From contig NC_058383.1 in the NCBI RefSeq assembly GCF_018350175.1, forward strand, positions 6,636,001 to 6,700,000: DNA of 64,000 nucleotides, in the 5' to 3' direction. This document shows positions 38,473 through 52,944 of the stretch, one piece after another. Position 1 is the stretch's first letter. Every line of letters starts with the position of its first letter. The stretch comes from Felis catus. Its lineage: Eukaryota. Made by a program: the position numbers and the translations under genes. The notes beneath the pieces were generated by a model. It was not told the origin of the DNA. It saw nothing but the letters and a program-made list of their open reading frames with translations, and ran no database searches.

Positions 38473-41400
38473 GGGCACCTAGGTGGCTCAGTCGGTTAAG
38501 TGTCCGACTCTTGATTTCGGCTTCGGTCATGATCCCAGGGTTGTGGGATGGAGCCGTGCGTTGAGCTCCACACTGAGTATGGAGCCTGCTTGAGATTCTC
38601 TCTCTCTCTCTCTCTCTCTCTCTGCTCCTCTTCCCCCACTTGTGCTCTCCCTCAAGAAAAAAAATAATAAAATAAAAATACATGAATGATTTTAAGGGAT
38701 TCTCAACCATTGTTGAAGAAATAAAATGCATCATTCAGATAACCAGAAAAGTGGCTGGTGATAACTTTGTTCAGTTTCAAGGAAGAAATGAAAAAGTTTT
38801 GAGACTCATGGAAATTAACTGAGAGCCATGGGAAAACACCAAAACGAAGTTCAAGGAAATAATTAAACTGTTCTACAAGAGAACAAGATATTGATGAACA
38901 GGAAGATGTTCAAGCTAGCAAGAGCCTAGAATCTTCACGTATTTGCTGAAAAGAGCTGAGCAGTAAATAACTTAAATGATTTGAATATAGTCTCCCTCGA
39001 GAATGATATACTGTACATTACTGCATATATTTTGCATATATACATATTTGCTGTGTACAAGTGTTCATACAAAATCACATATTTTGGGTAAGGTAAAGGA
39101 TTTTACAGGAATAATTGTGAAGTCATTTGATTCATCTCACCATCTAAATTCAGAACCTATCCTCCACCTAAATACTGTGTATTTTCACAGTAAATAGAAT
39201 ATTTGGGAAATAATAAGATAACTGGTTTGACTGGATTTTGACAGAAAAGGCATGATTCATACTGAGAAGATCCTGGACATTAGGATAAGAAATAGGGACT
39301 TTAGAGGCACTGGGGTGGTTCAGTCGGTTCAGCGTCCGACTTCAGCTCAGGTCATGATCTCACAGTTCATGAGTTTGAGCCCTGCATTGGGCTTTGTGCT
39401 GACAGCTGGGAGCCTGGAACCTGCTTCAGATTCTGAGTTTCCCTCTCTCTCTCTACCCCTCCCTTGCTCATGCTCTGTCTGTCTCTCTCAAAAATAAACA
39501 TTAAAAAAAAAATAGGGACTTTATTTGGGGGCCTTGGTTATCTAATGAGTTTTTTTCTTTTTCCTAAGCACAGGGATGACAATGGTGAAATATCATACGG
39601 TAGAACACCAGTTGCCCAGAATTTCTGGGGATGTAGCTGTTCCAAATTTATAAAATCATAATCATAATAATTGTTTCAGCTTCAACATCATGTGCACCTA
39701 CCCTCACTGTTTTAGATCTTGTGAGAAACTACAACAGCCCTGGAAATGCCCTCCCTCTGCACTCCTGATTATGACCACCGCTTTCCTCTTAGGCAGGTCT
39801 ATGGGAGGAAGGCATACAATCTGAGGGATGTGGAACCACATTAGCTACATGTCTGATTGTCAAGGGGGAAAGGCATTGCTATAGTGCAATAGAAACAATG
39901 GGGAAATCTATTGATTCCAATCATGTAGTTTGAATCAAGAGATGACTTTTAATGCAAAGCTGTGTTAGCTGCTCCGAAGCTATTTTAGTCATTTCATAAA
40001 TGCTCTGGTTTTTTCTTAAACTGTAATTTCTCTGTAAATTGGTTAGTCCATCCCTGGACTATCAAGAATACAAAATAAGATTTATTTACTTTATTATTTT
40101 CTTTTTAGATTTGTTTTTGTTTTTACTTTATTTTAGAGAGTGCTAGCAGGGGAGAGGGGCAGCAGGAGAGGGAGAGAGAGATAATGGGAGAGAGAGAGAG
40201 AAACAAAGAGAATCTCAAGCAGGCTCCATGCCCAGCACAGAGCCTGAGCTGGGGTTCGATCCCTTGACTCTGGGACCATGACCTGAGCTGAAATCAAGAG
40301 TTGGACACTCAACTGACTGAGCTACCCAGGCACCCCTAGATTTATTTCCTTTAAATGTGTATTTACATTAAATACAGAAAGTAGCCAAACAAAAGAACCG
40401 GCTGTTCCTTAATATCAGGGATACGTTTGCCTTTAATGTTGGGAATTAAACTCTAAGAGGTCTGCTCTAGTTGAACCTAGATTACATTGCCTCCTCTGCC
40501 CAGGAGTTTAGGGAGAAATTATTTCCAAGGGCTGAGAATTGCCCCACCTTTATTTAGAAAGTAAATAAACTGGAGAGAACAATTTACATGTATGTTACGA
40601 CTTGGTATAGAAACATCATCATACATATCAAAACTTTAAATGTAAGGATAGGTTTCAGTATTCCTTCTATACGCTTCTGTCAGGATTCGCTTCTGATTTA
40701 TGAAAAAGATGTGTTCACTTTCTGGGTCAGTTATGTACCCACTGGAGTCTGTCTCAGTAATGAGACTCCTTTTCTGCAGAGGACACTAGTGACCAATCCT
40801 GGGCCCAGGGAATGACCCTACTTTAAATGGATCTGAGTGGGCATTGTGACTCAAGATGACGATTTGGGAATCCAGGGGAGCTCTCTGTTGATCACTGAGC
40901 TGGACAAAGTGGGAGCCTATAAGAAATTCCTAATTATCATTCCCACCTCCAAGTCCTGGGAGAACATGGAATACAACAAGGAACTGCTCAGGGTATCGAC
41001 CTCAAAGGTCATTGTGATGTTTCTTAACAGCATGAGGTTTCCCCACATCTATGAGAGACTCCCAGTGAGTGATATAAGGGGGAAGATATGAATTAGAAGC
41101 AACGTCCAGGAAAATGAAGTTAACTTGTCCCAGATTATCAGCATCTTTAGATCCAAAATCATAATCCCAGGCTTCTCAGAATCCCTAATCAAATGCATCC
41201 TCTCAGGTACAAAGAGAACATGTTCATAAAAACATTTTTTTTAAGTTTATTTGTTTAAGTAATCTCTACGCCCAATGTGGAGCTTGAACTCATGACCCTG
41301 AGATGAAGAATTGCAACATAAAACATCTTGGAAAGAGGATTTTGGATCTAAGTGGCCTGGTCAAGACCAATTAGCATGGACACCGGAGAGGCCAAATTTG

Positions 41401-43345
41401 GCACACAAACGGAGCATCTACAAAACAGTTCATGAGTGCGTTGGTGCAGACTTACGGTACCTAACACTGCTGTCTATAGCATTGCCCATATTCTTTAAGA
41501 CCTGAGTTCTTGGGGTAATGGAAGTAGGCCCTCTAAAAATGGGGCATGTGCAAAGGACAGAGCTGTCTAACCCTGGCGAGTGAGAAACTGTAAACAATCA
41601 GGCTTCAAAGAGATTACTCAATATTAGGAGACAGTATCTGTTCTCTTTCCAGCATACTCATTGGCTGCTCTTATTCCCTGGTTTGCAAGAGTGTGATGAT
41701 GGGATTGTAATAGCAAAATTAACCTGAATTCTCATGATGGTAGCAAGTAAGCCAGTTCCCTCTTCTGGTCCATCAAATTCAACAATATACTACTCTTGGA
41801 AGGATAGCAGTCAGTAAATAGTCTTCCCTGCTATGCACTGGCTTGATGGTGCCCGAGGTGAAAGGGGGTGAAACTAGGGGAATAACTCCATCATCCAGGA
41901 TCAAAAGTTCCTCTTATTATGTGGAAATAGACATGATTCAGCTTTCAGTCTCCCTACAGAGTAGAGAACAGGCTAACGGTACATGAAATAGCTTAGACTT
42001 TTCCTTTTGCGAGTGTGGGCTTTTGGAAAATTGCTCTTTCTGTGATGTTAGTCCAGGTCCTCCAAGAAGCAGATGCCAAGATGTGATGAAACATGCAAGG
42101 ATTTTATCAGGAGACATGCCTGTGAGAAAGGAAATAAGGTGGGAGTTTTTACAGCTGGGGAGAGCCCAAGATACAAGACGACACCACGGGAAGGAGAGGG
42201 GAATGGTCAGTGGAAGCATGATGCCGCCCTGCAGTTTAAGGAAAGTTCAGCAAAGTCCTCAGGGAATCTCGAGCCAATGTCAGCCGAAGAAGAGTCCCAT
42301 ACCTTCCAGGGATGGTCTGCTAGAGGGTCTACACACATTCAGTGCCAGGGAGCAGCACCTGGGAGGCATGTGTTGAGGCAGTTAGGACCTCATCCAATTG
42401 TTCCCTGTAGCAAAGGTTCACAAGGCATGTCCTCATGGCCACTACATGAGGCATAAGAGAATGTTCCCATGGACACTTAAAAGTGTCAATTTGTAAAAAT
42501 ATGATGACCGAGTGTGTGGAAAAATACATAGGACAGGGGCTCCTGGCTGGTTCAGTCAGTGGAGCATCTGACTCTTGATCCCAGGGTCACGAGTTCACAA
42601 TGGGCACAATGGGCATGGAGCCTACTTAAAAAAAAAAAAAAAAAAAAAAAAGATACATAGCACAAATGACTATCAATCTAGGTAAGGCCATAGCGTCTAG
42701 TCCATACTGGATTTTCATTGCTAAGAAAGCTTCATGGTAGGGGCGCCTGGGTGGCTCAGTCGGTTGAGCGGCTGACTTCGGCTCAGGTCATGATCTCTCT
42801 GTCCGTGAGTTCGAGTCCCGCGTTGGGCTCTGTGCTGACAGCTCAGAGCCTGGAGCCTGTTTCAGATTCTGTGTCTCCCTCTCTCTGACCCTCCCCTGTT
42901 CATGCTCTGTCTCTCCCTGTCTCAACAATAAATAAAACGTTAAAAAAAATTAAAAAAAAATTAAAAAAAGAAAGCTTCATGGTATAGAATTATTGACCTG
43001 TCTCATGCAGTTCTATTGGATATTCCTCAAATAATGTATTTTCCTTAATAACACACTTTAACTTGGCAGACTGTGTTTTGGATCCAGGCATGTCTTCAGT
43101 GTGGGTGATTTCATACATTAAAGAGAAAAAAATGGGGCGCCTGGCTGGCACAGTCAGTTAAGCATCCGAGTCTTGATCTCGGCTGAGGTCATGGTCTCAC
43201 CGTTTGTGAGTTCGAGCCCCGCATCAGGCTCTGCACTGATATTGCAGAGTCTGCTTGGGATTCTGTCTCTACTTCTCTCTGACCCTCCCCCACTTGTGCT
43301 CTCTCTCTCTCTCTCTCTGTCAAAATAAATAAACTTTAAAAAAAG
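38473..43345. mobile_element. Scattered Can-SINEs: 38473-38670, 39304-39510, 40110-40336 (-), 41235-41310 (-), 42535-42650, 42740-42965, 43134-43345
   Basis: Recognisable SINE heads, bodies and tails. Confidence 0.8.
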
Positions 43346-43519
43346 TTTCTTAAAAAAAAAAGAGAGAAAATAGATAAAGTAGAATCTCTGTTTATCCCAG
43401 TTAAGCTCCATTTTTGCCCTCTAATTCCAGGAAAGATTGAGAGTACTGGGGCTATGAATGGTGAGAAGAAGGAACATAGTTGTTGTTGTTTTTTTTAAGT
43501 TTACTTATTTATTTGCCCT

Positions 43520-44685
43520 CACCCTACTTTTAATGCCAGTCACAAGTAGTAGGTCCCCAGGTTACCCACAACTTCTGTACAATTTGGCTACAAACTGGAA
43601 GTTCCCACAACTTCTTCCTCCGGTTTGTTTAGTTTGTTAGAACAGTTCACAGAATTCAGGGAAGCACTTCCTTACATTTACCAGTTTATTAAAAAAATAT
43701 GATAGGGGCACCTGGGTAGCTCGGTTGAGTGTCCGACATCAGCTCAGGCCATGATCTCCTGGTTCTTGAGTTTGAGCCTCATACCGGGCTTGCTGCCATT
43801 AGCGTGGAGCCCACTTCCGATCCTCTGTCCCCCTCTCTCAGCCCTTCCCCTACTGGCACTCTCTCTCTCAAAAGTGAATAAAACATTTAAATATATATAT
43901 ATACGATAAAGGATACAGATAAATAGCCAGATGAAGAGGTAGATACACAGGGTGAGGTCTGGGAGGGTCCAGAGCACAGAAGCTTCTGTCTCCATGGAGT
44001 TGGGATATGTCACAATGCTGCTGGCGTGGATGTATTCACCAATTTGGAAGCTCCCAAATCCATACTATTGGGGTTTTATGGGGGCTTCTTCACACAGGTA
44101 TGATCAATTATCAACTCCATTTCTAGGCCCTCTGCCCTCTCTGGAGAAGTGAGGGGCAGGAGTGAAAATTCCAAGCTTCTCATCATGGCCTTGGTCTTCC
44201 TGGTGACCGTGGCCCATCCAGGAGGCACCTAAGAACCCACCCAGAGTCACCTCAGTAGATCAAAAGATGCTCCCAGTGCTTTTACCATTAGGAATTTATA
44301 GGGGTTTAAAAAAAATTTGTTTTTAGGTTTATTTATTTTGAGAGAGACAGAATGTGCGAGCCAGGGAGGGGGCACAGACAGAGGGAGAGAGAGAATCCCA
44401 CCCAGGCTCTATGCTGTCAGTGTAGAGCCCAACGTGGGGCTTGAACCCATGAACCATGAGATCATGACCTGAGCCAAAATCAAGAGTCACATGTTTAACC
44501 GACTGAACCACCCAGGGCCCCCAGGAATCTACAAGGGTTTTAAAAGTCCTGTGTCAGGGATGAGGTCAAAAACAAATATTAGAATAAGAGATGCTCCTGA
44601 TGCTATTATCACTCAGGGAATTACAAGGGCTTTACAGTGCCAAGAACTGGCGGACACAGACTGACGTATTTTCTGTCACCTCATA
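43520..44685 (-). mobile_element. MER21-like LTR interrupted by SINEs (43705-43895 +, 44325-44522 -)
   Basis: aggatacagat.aatagccagatgaagag..cacagggtgaggtctgggagggtcc.gagcacag.agcttctgtc.ccatggagttggg signature. Confidence 0.7.
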
Positions 44686-45583
44686 CCAGGAGGGTCCAGT
44701 CTGAGGGATGGGAGAGAGTCTGGATGAGGCTTTTGTCAAAGTTGCACATAATGAAATGAGATTCTTTCAGATTTCACAAGAGAAATAACATAATGTATAT
44801 GCCAGCATAGACAGGAAGTGGCTGGCAGGAACCACATAAGGGAGTCAGAACCCCAGAGAACTTGGTTTAAAGCCAGACACAGTGTGTTCAACCTAGTCCT
44901 AGAGATGAATAAGAATGGAAGCAAAAGGCAGAAACAGGGACACAAGTCCTACCAACGCAAGAGACAGACAGGAAAACGGAGGTCCCAAGGCTCATCCAAG
45001 GACCTAATGGAGGAGGAGAACTAGGATATAAACATCCCTAAGTTAATTTACAACGTTAGCATGATACCAGTATAAGTAGTTTTTTTTTCCCTGCAGCTGT
45101 ATTTATGAATTCTAGAACTCATGTAAAAAAATAAATAAGCAGGGTCACCTGGGTGGCTCAGTTGGTTAAGCATCCTACTCTTGATTTTGGCTCAGGTCAT
45201 GATCTCAGGCTCAAGTCATAATCTCAAGGATCATGAGTTTGATCCTGCATCAGGATCTGCTCTGTCAGTGCGGAGCCTCCTTGGGATTCTCTCTCCCTCT
45301 CTCTGCCCCTCCCTTGCTTGCATGTGTTCATATGCTCTCTCTCAAAATAAATAAATAAACTTAAAAAAAAAAAAGAAGTACAAGGGGAGAACAATGAGGA
45401 GGGGAAGGATGAGGTGGGTGTGGAGAGGAAGAAGAAGAAACCAAAATCATAGTGAATTCATTTTTAATTTGGGAATAGAGAAATACTTCTAATTATGTCT
45501 CAAAATCCAAAATACAACATCTCTACACCAAGAGGAAAATATTCACGTACAATCATAGTTCAGTCACAAAATTCAAATGAAAC

Positions 45584-46297
45584 TGTAAGAAGAAATGCAG
45601 TGGAATAAATTTAAAGACTGAATTGGCTTTATTGAGTGATTCATGAATCAGGTAGCATCCCATCCAGCACTAGAATGGAACTCCAGAGGGCTACAGAAGG
45701 AAAGGTTGGTGTTTTTATTTATTTTACTTTTTTTTAACATTTATTTATTTTTGAGAGACAGAGAAAAAGCAGGGGAGGGTCAGAGAGGAGGAGACAGAGA
45801 ATCCGAAGCAGACTCCAGGCTCTGAGCTGTCAGCACAGAGCCCGACGCAGGGCTCAAACTCATGGACCGCAAGATCATGACCTGAGTTGAAGTGAGGCAC
45901 TTAACTGACTGAGCCACCCAGAAGCCCCCAGCAGGAAAGGTTTTTTAAAAAGGCAGAGAGAGTGTACAACAAAGAAGTTATAGATAGAAAAATAAATCAT
46001 CTGGCAAGGTAACCTTCCTTTGGGGGACAGTAGAGCCATTAGGAGCATTGCCTCAGTGGTGTTGACCAAAAAATTCCGGACTGACTAGTTAGGATTACAT
46101 ACCTAGGGAAGGTTGAAACTGTAATCATGTCAGGTATTAAATCTTGGCATGGTGTCATGGGTTTGAGATAGGGAAACTGAAGGACTCCATAGAAATCTGG
46201 TTTTTTGCTCCTTTTCCTGCTTCTATTCTTATTAGGACCTGTGCCCCCACCCCACTCTACACACGTGTAAGAATGTCCTCCTTGGATTTTTAAAATT

Positions 46298-46340
<43 letters not shown>

Positions 46341-47402
46341 TGAGGGGGTGGGGCAAGGGGCAGAGAGAGGGAGAGAGAGAATCCCAAGCAGGCTCTGCGC
46401 TGTTAGCGCACAGCCGGGACTCAGGGCTCGATCCTGCCAACTGTGAGATCATGACCTGAGCTGAAATCAAGTCAGACGTTCAACCCACCAAGCCACCCAG
46501 GTGCCCCTAGAATGTCCTCCTTGTAAAAGACAAGGAATTAATGATTTATTTAACATCTAAGCAAAGACCAGGTGAGAATGACCAGAGGAAGCCATTGTAG
46601 AGGCTGCTTTTAGGCAAACGGGCTTGAATGATGGGGTGTGGAAAGGGCCCACAGCGATTCCCTGGCTGAATAGAGACAGGCCCACTGGGTGACCCAAAAT
46701 ATCCATAGGCCCTAACTGACCAATGGGTTACTTACAACCAGGCACAGTTACCAAAAAAGGGAAAATTCCATATATCGCCATAACTCCTCACCTTCCCTGC
46801 TTTAAAAACAGCCCCCACCCACTGCCTCATGGCAGACATGACCTGCCTGCTGCTCCCTTGCGGTGTGTTCCATAAACTTCTATTGCCTTTGTTCTGCCTC
46901 AGGTGAATTCTTTCACCACCTGCACCATTGGCTTCCACCTGATCTTCACCCCACATTTGGAGGCCCCCATCTGACCAGATAGATACCTCATTTAGACACC
47001 ACAGCCATCCTATGCACATTCTGGACCGTGGCACTAGACATCTTAATGCCAAGGCCCCTTTGTTCCAAGGAATAACACCTGGGTCCTTGTCTTTGCTCTA
47101 ACCAGTTCCTGGATACCTGAGGGGACACGTGCACCAGATCCCTGTCCTCAGTAAAAATCCCAGACCCCAAACAAAGACGAGACTCCCTCCTTTTCTTTCT
47201 GAGTAGCCCGGACACTATCTATATCTGCACTCTCTCTACACCTTCTATAAACTCTGCTCTCACTTCCTGCTGGCTCACGCTCGATTTCCATCCTACACGC
47301 AGCCAGGTCCTGTGGGACTCCCTCTGGGTCCCCAGACCCAGCCCGTGGGCATCAGGTTTAACTCAAGTGACTCCATTTGGGGCCTGTTGCTTCTTTTTAA
47401 CA
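45584..47402. mobile_element. Older LTR-like element split by a SINE (45715-45929) and by a younger solo LTR
   Basis: TG...CA ends; reverse AATAAA (tttatt) near 45627; sequence resumes after the inner LTR. No clear TSD. Confidence 0.4.
46164..47354 (+). mobile_element. ERV1-type solo LTR containing a Can-SINE (46285-46507, -)
   Basis: Starts TGAGATA, ends GCATCA, flanked by 4-bp TSD GGTT (46160-46163 and 47355-47358); (C/T)ATAAAC poly(A)-signal-like motifs at about 46871 and 47246. Confidence 0.7.
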
Positions 47403-47469
47403 ATTTAAATACTGAAAATTTTAAGCGCATGTGAAGGAAAATAAATGCATGTTAAAACTATACAGAGTT

Positions 47470-47710
47470 TCCTCTTCTGGCCATGATGTAGTTAGTAAGA
47501 GTGGACTTACTGAATTCATGTAAAAAACTATAAAACTAGAGAGAACAGGAGCACCTACCTGGGTGGCTCAGTTGGTTGAGCGTCCACCTTTGGCTCAGGT
47601 CATAGTCTGATGGTTCATGAGTTCAAGCCCCATGTTGGGCTCTGTGCTGACTGCATGAAGCCTGCTTGGGATTCTCTGTCCCCCTCTCTTTCCACCCCTC
47701 CCCCACTCAT

Positions 47711-47751
<41 letters not shown>

Positions 47752-49625
47752 AATAAACATTAAAAAAAAAACTAGACAACATATGAAAAATGTTTTCAGA
47801 CCAGAGACAACAGGCAGTACAGACCTGTGATCCCTGAGAAAAAGGCACCTTTTATGACAGTGCAGGGGAGGAAGAGTCCATACAGACCATAGCAGGTTCT
47901 CTAAGATGAGGAGACAGACATTTGAGTTCAAGGAGGCAGAGGCAGCTGGGTTTGGGTGGCAGAATCCTAGGAAGCCAGAAGCTACACAGAGAAGATCTCT
48001 AGAAATTTCCATAAAGCGTCCTCTTGAGTCTGTTCCTAATAGAATCAATGCCAGGCAAAGAACGAACAGGAAACAGTAAGCTGAATAGTTCTCAGCGTTC
48101 ACACAGAGCTGGGAGATGTTCATGTTGAAATCTGAGGACTCTGACCTGAGGCATTCAGCAGAACTCCTAGAAGTACAATAACTAGCCTTAGGGGACACCA
48201 AGATTTGCTCAAACTTTCAGGCCAAAGTCACACTCTTTTGGGGGTGACTCATCTTTACAAAGCTTCAAAACAAACCTTGAAAGAGTCAAGCTGATCAGAA
48301 AATAATTTGAACTGTCTTAAAGGAAAAAAATATTTTTTTATTCTTGTAAAATATATATAACATTTAAATTTTTAATCACTTTTAAAAATAAAATTTTTTT
48401 CCCATTTTAAATTTTATTTTATATATATAGAGAGAGTGAGAGCAGGGGAGAAGGGCAGAGGGAGAGAGAGAATCCCAAGCAGGCTCCACATTCAGCACAG
48501 AACCTGATGCAGGGCTCGATCCCACGGTCCTGGGATCATGACCTGAGCTGAAATCAAGAGTCGGGCACTCAACTGACTCAGCCACTCAGGTGCCCCTAGC
48601 TTTTTAATCATTTTTAAGTGGCATTAAGTACATTCACATTGTCTGCAACTATCACCACTGGCCTTCTTCCCAAGCTGAAACTCTGTCCCCATTAAACATC
48701 AACTCTCCATTTCCCCCTCCCCTCAGCCCTTCTACTATCTGTCTCTATGAGTTTGACTACTCTACGTACTTCACAAAAGTGGAATCATAGAATGTTTGTC
48801 CTTGCATGTCAGGCCTTTTTAACTTAGCACAATGTCCTCAAGGTTTTCCCATGTTGTAGCATTTGTCAGCATTTTCTTCCTATTTAAGGCTGAAAAATAT
48901 TCCATTGTATGGATACACCACAATTTCCTTATCCATTCCTCTGCCCAGGAAACTTGGCTGGCTTCTGCCTTTTGGCTGTTGTGAATAAGGCTATTATGAA
49001 CATGGGTGTACAAATATCTGTTTGAACCACTGATTTAATTTCTTTGGGGTATTTACAGAAGACGGATTTCTGGATCATATGGTTCCAATGGTTTTAAAGG
49101 AAAACAACAGGGGTGCTGGGTGGCTCAGTCAGTTAGGCATCCAACTTCGTCTCAGTTCATGATATCATGGTTCGTGGGTTCAAGCCTCACATCGGGCTCT
49201 GTGCTGACAGCTCGGAGCCTGGAGCCTGCTTTGGATTCTGTGTCTCCCTCTCTCTCTGCCCCTCCCTGGCTCATGCTCTGTCTCTCCCTCTCTCTCTCAA
49301 AAATAAATAAACATTTTTTTTAAAAAAAGGAAAACAACAAACTCTGACACTCAATGTAAAATTTATAATGTCTAGCATCCGATAAAAAATTAATAGGTAT
49401 GTAAAGAAGCAAGAAAATGTAATCCAAAACCAGGAAAATAATCAGTCAATAGAAACAGATCCAGAAATGACAGACATTATGGGTTGGGAGACAAGGACTT
49501 TAAAATAATTATGAATATGCTCAAAGACTTAAAAGAACATAAATGCAATAACAGAAAAATACAAGGTAATAAAAAGAAAAAGAGAACTTCTAGAGATAAA
49601 AACAACGACAATATGTGCAAGGATC
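47470..49625. mobile_element. Old L1M 5'-region fragments (+), an L1M 3' UTR piece (48610-49080, -) and SINEs at 47550-47770, 48400-48597, 49110-49325
   Basis: Minus-strand peptide CIHTMEYFSALNRKKMLTNATTWENLEDIVLS; aatcagtcaatagaaacagatccagaaatgacag. Confidence 0.65.
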
Positions 49626-50239
49626 AGTGAGCTTAAAGAGTAGCAATAGAAACTACTGCTTGTAAGACCTACAGTTAGTAATCTCGCCACTGAAGTAGTC
49701 TCTGTCTCAAGCACTGCGACATTGAAAATTCTTCTGTTCCTTTCCCAGTATTTTAGTACAGTTCTTTGGCCTCCTGATCCATGTAGCTTCAGCTGTCAGT
49801 AAATATCCTGAGAGGGGAAACTACTCCTGACTTTGAGTCTTCCAAGTCTCCAATGTCCTTCCTTTAGCACAGCATAATTTTTCAAAAGCTCAACTGGTTT
49901 TTCCTGTATGAGATCAGCTGCCCTTTGCCTGGACCAAGCCTTAAATATTTTGAATAATGTTTTAATGTGTAATATTTGAAATAAACAGTGCCTGGCACAT
50001 TATAAGCCCTCAACGAATATTAACTGAATGAATGAATTTCATTGTATTTCTTGATTCTCTTGTCTCTTGGAAGTTCAAACTGCTACAACACTGAGTCAAT
50101 GAATATGTGTTCATCTAAAGATGTTTAGAATACTGAAGGTTTTTCTCCCTAATGCTTTAGGAACATTTACTGTGGACAGGCATTGTTATAAGCACCTTAC
50201 ATATATTAACTCATTCAATACAGTAGAGAACAAGCAGAA

Positions 50240-50672
50240 AGTGGCCCCCCCTTTATCTGTATTCCCCCCTTACCTGTGGGGGGATACATTCTAAGACCCT
50301 CAGGTGATGCCTGAAAGGTGTGGATGGTACCAAACCTTATATATACTGTGTTTTTCCCTATACATACATATCTATGATAAAGTTTCACTTGTAAATTAGG
50401 TATGGTAAGAGATTAACAACAACAATAAAATAGGACAATTAGAATAAGTAATAAGAGTCATGTGAATGTGGTCTCTCTAAAAATATCTCATTGTACTGTA
50501 CTCACCCTTCTTCTTGTGATGATGTGAGATGATAAAATGCTTCTATGATGAGATAAAGTGCTACTATCCACCTTCTCAGGATATGTCAGAAGGATTGTCT
50601 GCTTCTGGACCATGATTGACTCAGGGAGCTGAAAATGAGGAGAACAAAACAGAGGACAAGGGGGTACTACTA
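50240..50672. mobile_element. TcMar-Tigger DNA transposon (MER44/Tigger7-like)
   Basis: Degenerate TIRs agtggcccccccttt.atc and gacaagggggtactact; internal gggatacattctaagacc..gatgcctgaaa. Confidence 0.7.
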
Positions 50673-51201
50673 CTCAGAACAACCCTATAAAATTCATGGT
50701 ACTAATCTCTTCGTTTTACATGCATGGAAAGTAACATACAGAGGAGTTATCTAATTTGTCTCTGGTCAAACAACTCGTATGATACTGGTAAAACAAACAC
50801 CCTGTCCCTCTCTCTCTCTCCCCCCTCTCTCTAATGTTTTGGCCCATGAAAATCAAGGCTTAAAGGCAGGATTTCACACAGTACCTCAAAGAGTGTTTTT
50901 TTTTTCAACTGTTAATTTATTTTTCTTTACTAAACATAGAATCCTATCAAAGATTAGTCCTACTATCAATTACAACTAATTGCCACTGTTAACTAGTCCT
51001 ATGTTGCTTTGTTTAAATAGCATTCATGTAACAGAAAAGTAAATTCTGAATAACATAATTTCAGATAAATACCTATCTTCATATTTTTATGTTACAGCAA
51101 TAACACAGATATGTATAATAATTCATTATATTCAACATACTATGTTATTCGTCTGGTAGGACTGTGTCCAGGGTTGGCTCTCTAAAAAGGTGGTCACTCT
51201 A

Positions 51202-51640
51202 GTGGCGCCTGGGTGGCTCAGACGGTTGCGCGACCGACTTTGTCTCAGGTCATGATCTCACGGTCTGTGGGTTCAAGCCCTGTGTTGGGCTCTGTGCTGA
51301 CAGCTCGGAGCCAGCTTTAGATTCTGTTTCCCTCTTTCTCTGCTCCTCCCCTGCTCGCGCTCTGCCAAAAATAAATAAATATTTTTTAAAAAACAGATTA
51401 AAAGGTGGTCACTCTACATTACACTCACAAGGGGAGCTTTTTAAAAATACACAATTTGAGGGCGGCTCAAAGGCTCAGTTAAGCCTGGGACTCTTGATTT
51501 CAGCTCGGGTCACGGTCTCACAGTTTATGGAGCCTGGCATCTGGCTCTGCACCGACAGCATTAAGCCTGCTTGGGATTCTCTCTCCTTCTCTCTCTGCCC
51601 TTCCCCCCCTCAAAATAAATGTATAAAACATTTTTTAAAA
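51202..51640 (+). mobile_element. Two Can-SINEs upstream of the ZNF789 promoter
   Basis: TSD aaaaggtggtcactcta for the first copy. Confidence 0.85.
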
Positions 51641-51739
51641 ACCCACGCAATTGCACAAGGGCCCATCTTAACGCATTCTGGTTCAACTGGTGTGGGAGGG
51701 GAAGGTCTCGCCGTTAGAGTTTTCAAAACCTCCTGGTGA

Positions 51740-52340
51740 TTCTTGTTAGAGATTCCGAACTGCTTGGCTGGGCGGGAACCGGCCGGGCGGGGCCTGAAAG
51801 TCACGTGCCCCAACCGGGACCCTCTGCGGCAGTTGATTGGCCTCGACCAGGGGTGCGTGAGACGGAGGCCCCTTCTCTATTAAACGGACCAGAGAGTTGC
51901 GAAGCCTCCGAGCTTCCTAGAAGGTACGCTGGCCGAGAAGCTGGGCTCCCCGCGCAGGAATAAGGGTCGGCGAGTGGCGCGGGTTTCTTCCGCATTCGCG
52001 CCCTCAGGTAGGGGGTTAGCGGAGGGGCGGCGACCTGTCACGGGTCTTGACCCGAACCTGGAGAGGGAAGCCCGGCCATGGGGGCCGCCGCAGGTGGACA
52101 CTGAGGTCTTCCCGGAGGAGATGGCACCGCGGAGGGTCGGAAGCAGGTCTAGGAAGAGAGGAGCTCGTGTGATGGGACGGGTGGGTGCGGCGGCAGAGCC
52201 ACGGTGTCCCCGCAACGGAAGGTGACAGGGCTGGAGAGACAGTCCTCACCCCCCGCCTTCGGGGCAGGTCGCAGGGACTTAAGGGAGCGTCTTCCTGAAG
52301 ATGTCAACTTGTGAATATTTTCCGTGGCGTCGGGTCTTCA
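51740..52340 (+). promoter_or_regulatory. CpG-island promoter and non-coding exon 1 of ZNF789
   Basis: GC box GGGCGGGGC 51785-51793, E-box GTCACGTG 51800-51807, reverse CCAAT 51836-51840; candidate donors CAG|GTAGGG at 52007/52008 and AAG|GTGACA at about 52221. Confidence 0.75.
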
Positions 52341-52676
52341 ACATTAAGGAGGAACAAGTCCGATGAATGAACGGCTGGTTAATAGTGTGGTTCGGTTCGG
52401 TTCGGTTTGGTTTGGTTATAGACGAAAAGGAGATGTGATCGAACGTTTCCAGAGTTCACATTGTTGCGAAGTGGCGTTTTAGATTCTGACTTCCAATGCA
52501 CGGTAGACGGGATAGTTAGGTAATGAGAGGGTTGAGGTCCCTTTCCCAGTCTTGAAGCCATCGATCAGGACGTTTCTTTGGAGCGCCTCCATGCTTAAAA
52601 GGCAGAGCAGAGGATCTTCCAAGCAGTGTTTTTAGGGTACGTGAATGGTGCGAGGGATGTTCTTAAAAACGCACTA

Positions 52677-52896
52677 GGGGCGCCTGGGTGGCGCAGTCGG
52701 TTAAGCGTCCGACTTCAGCCAGGTCACGATCTCACGGTCCGTGAGTTCGAGCCCCGCGTCAGGCTCTGGGCTGAGGGCTCAGAGCCTGGAGCCTGTTTCC
52801 GATTCTGTGTCTCCCTCTCTCTCTGCCCCTCCCCCGTTCATGCTCTGTCTCTCTCTGTCCCAAAAATAAATAAAAACGTTGAAAAAAATTAAAAAA
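52677..52896 (+). mobile_element. Young felid Can-SINE
   Basis: TSD aaaaacgcact on both sides. Confidence 0.95.
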
Positions 52897-52944
52897 AAAA
52901 ACGCACTTAGAGAAAGCAGCGTTCACCAGTGGCCAGAGAAGCAC

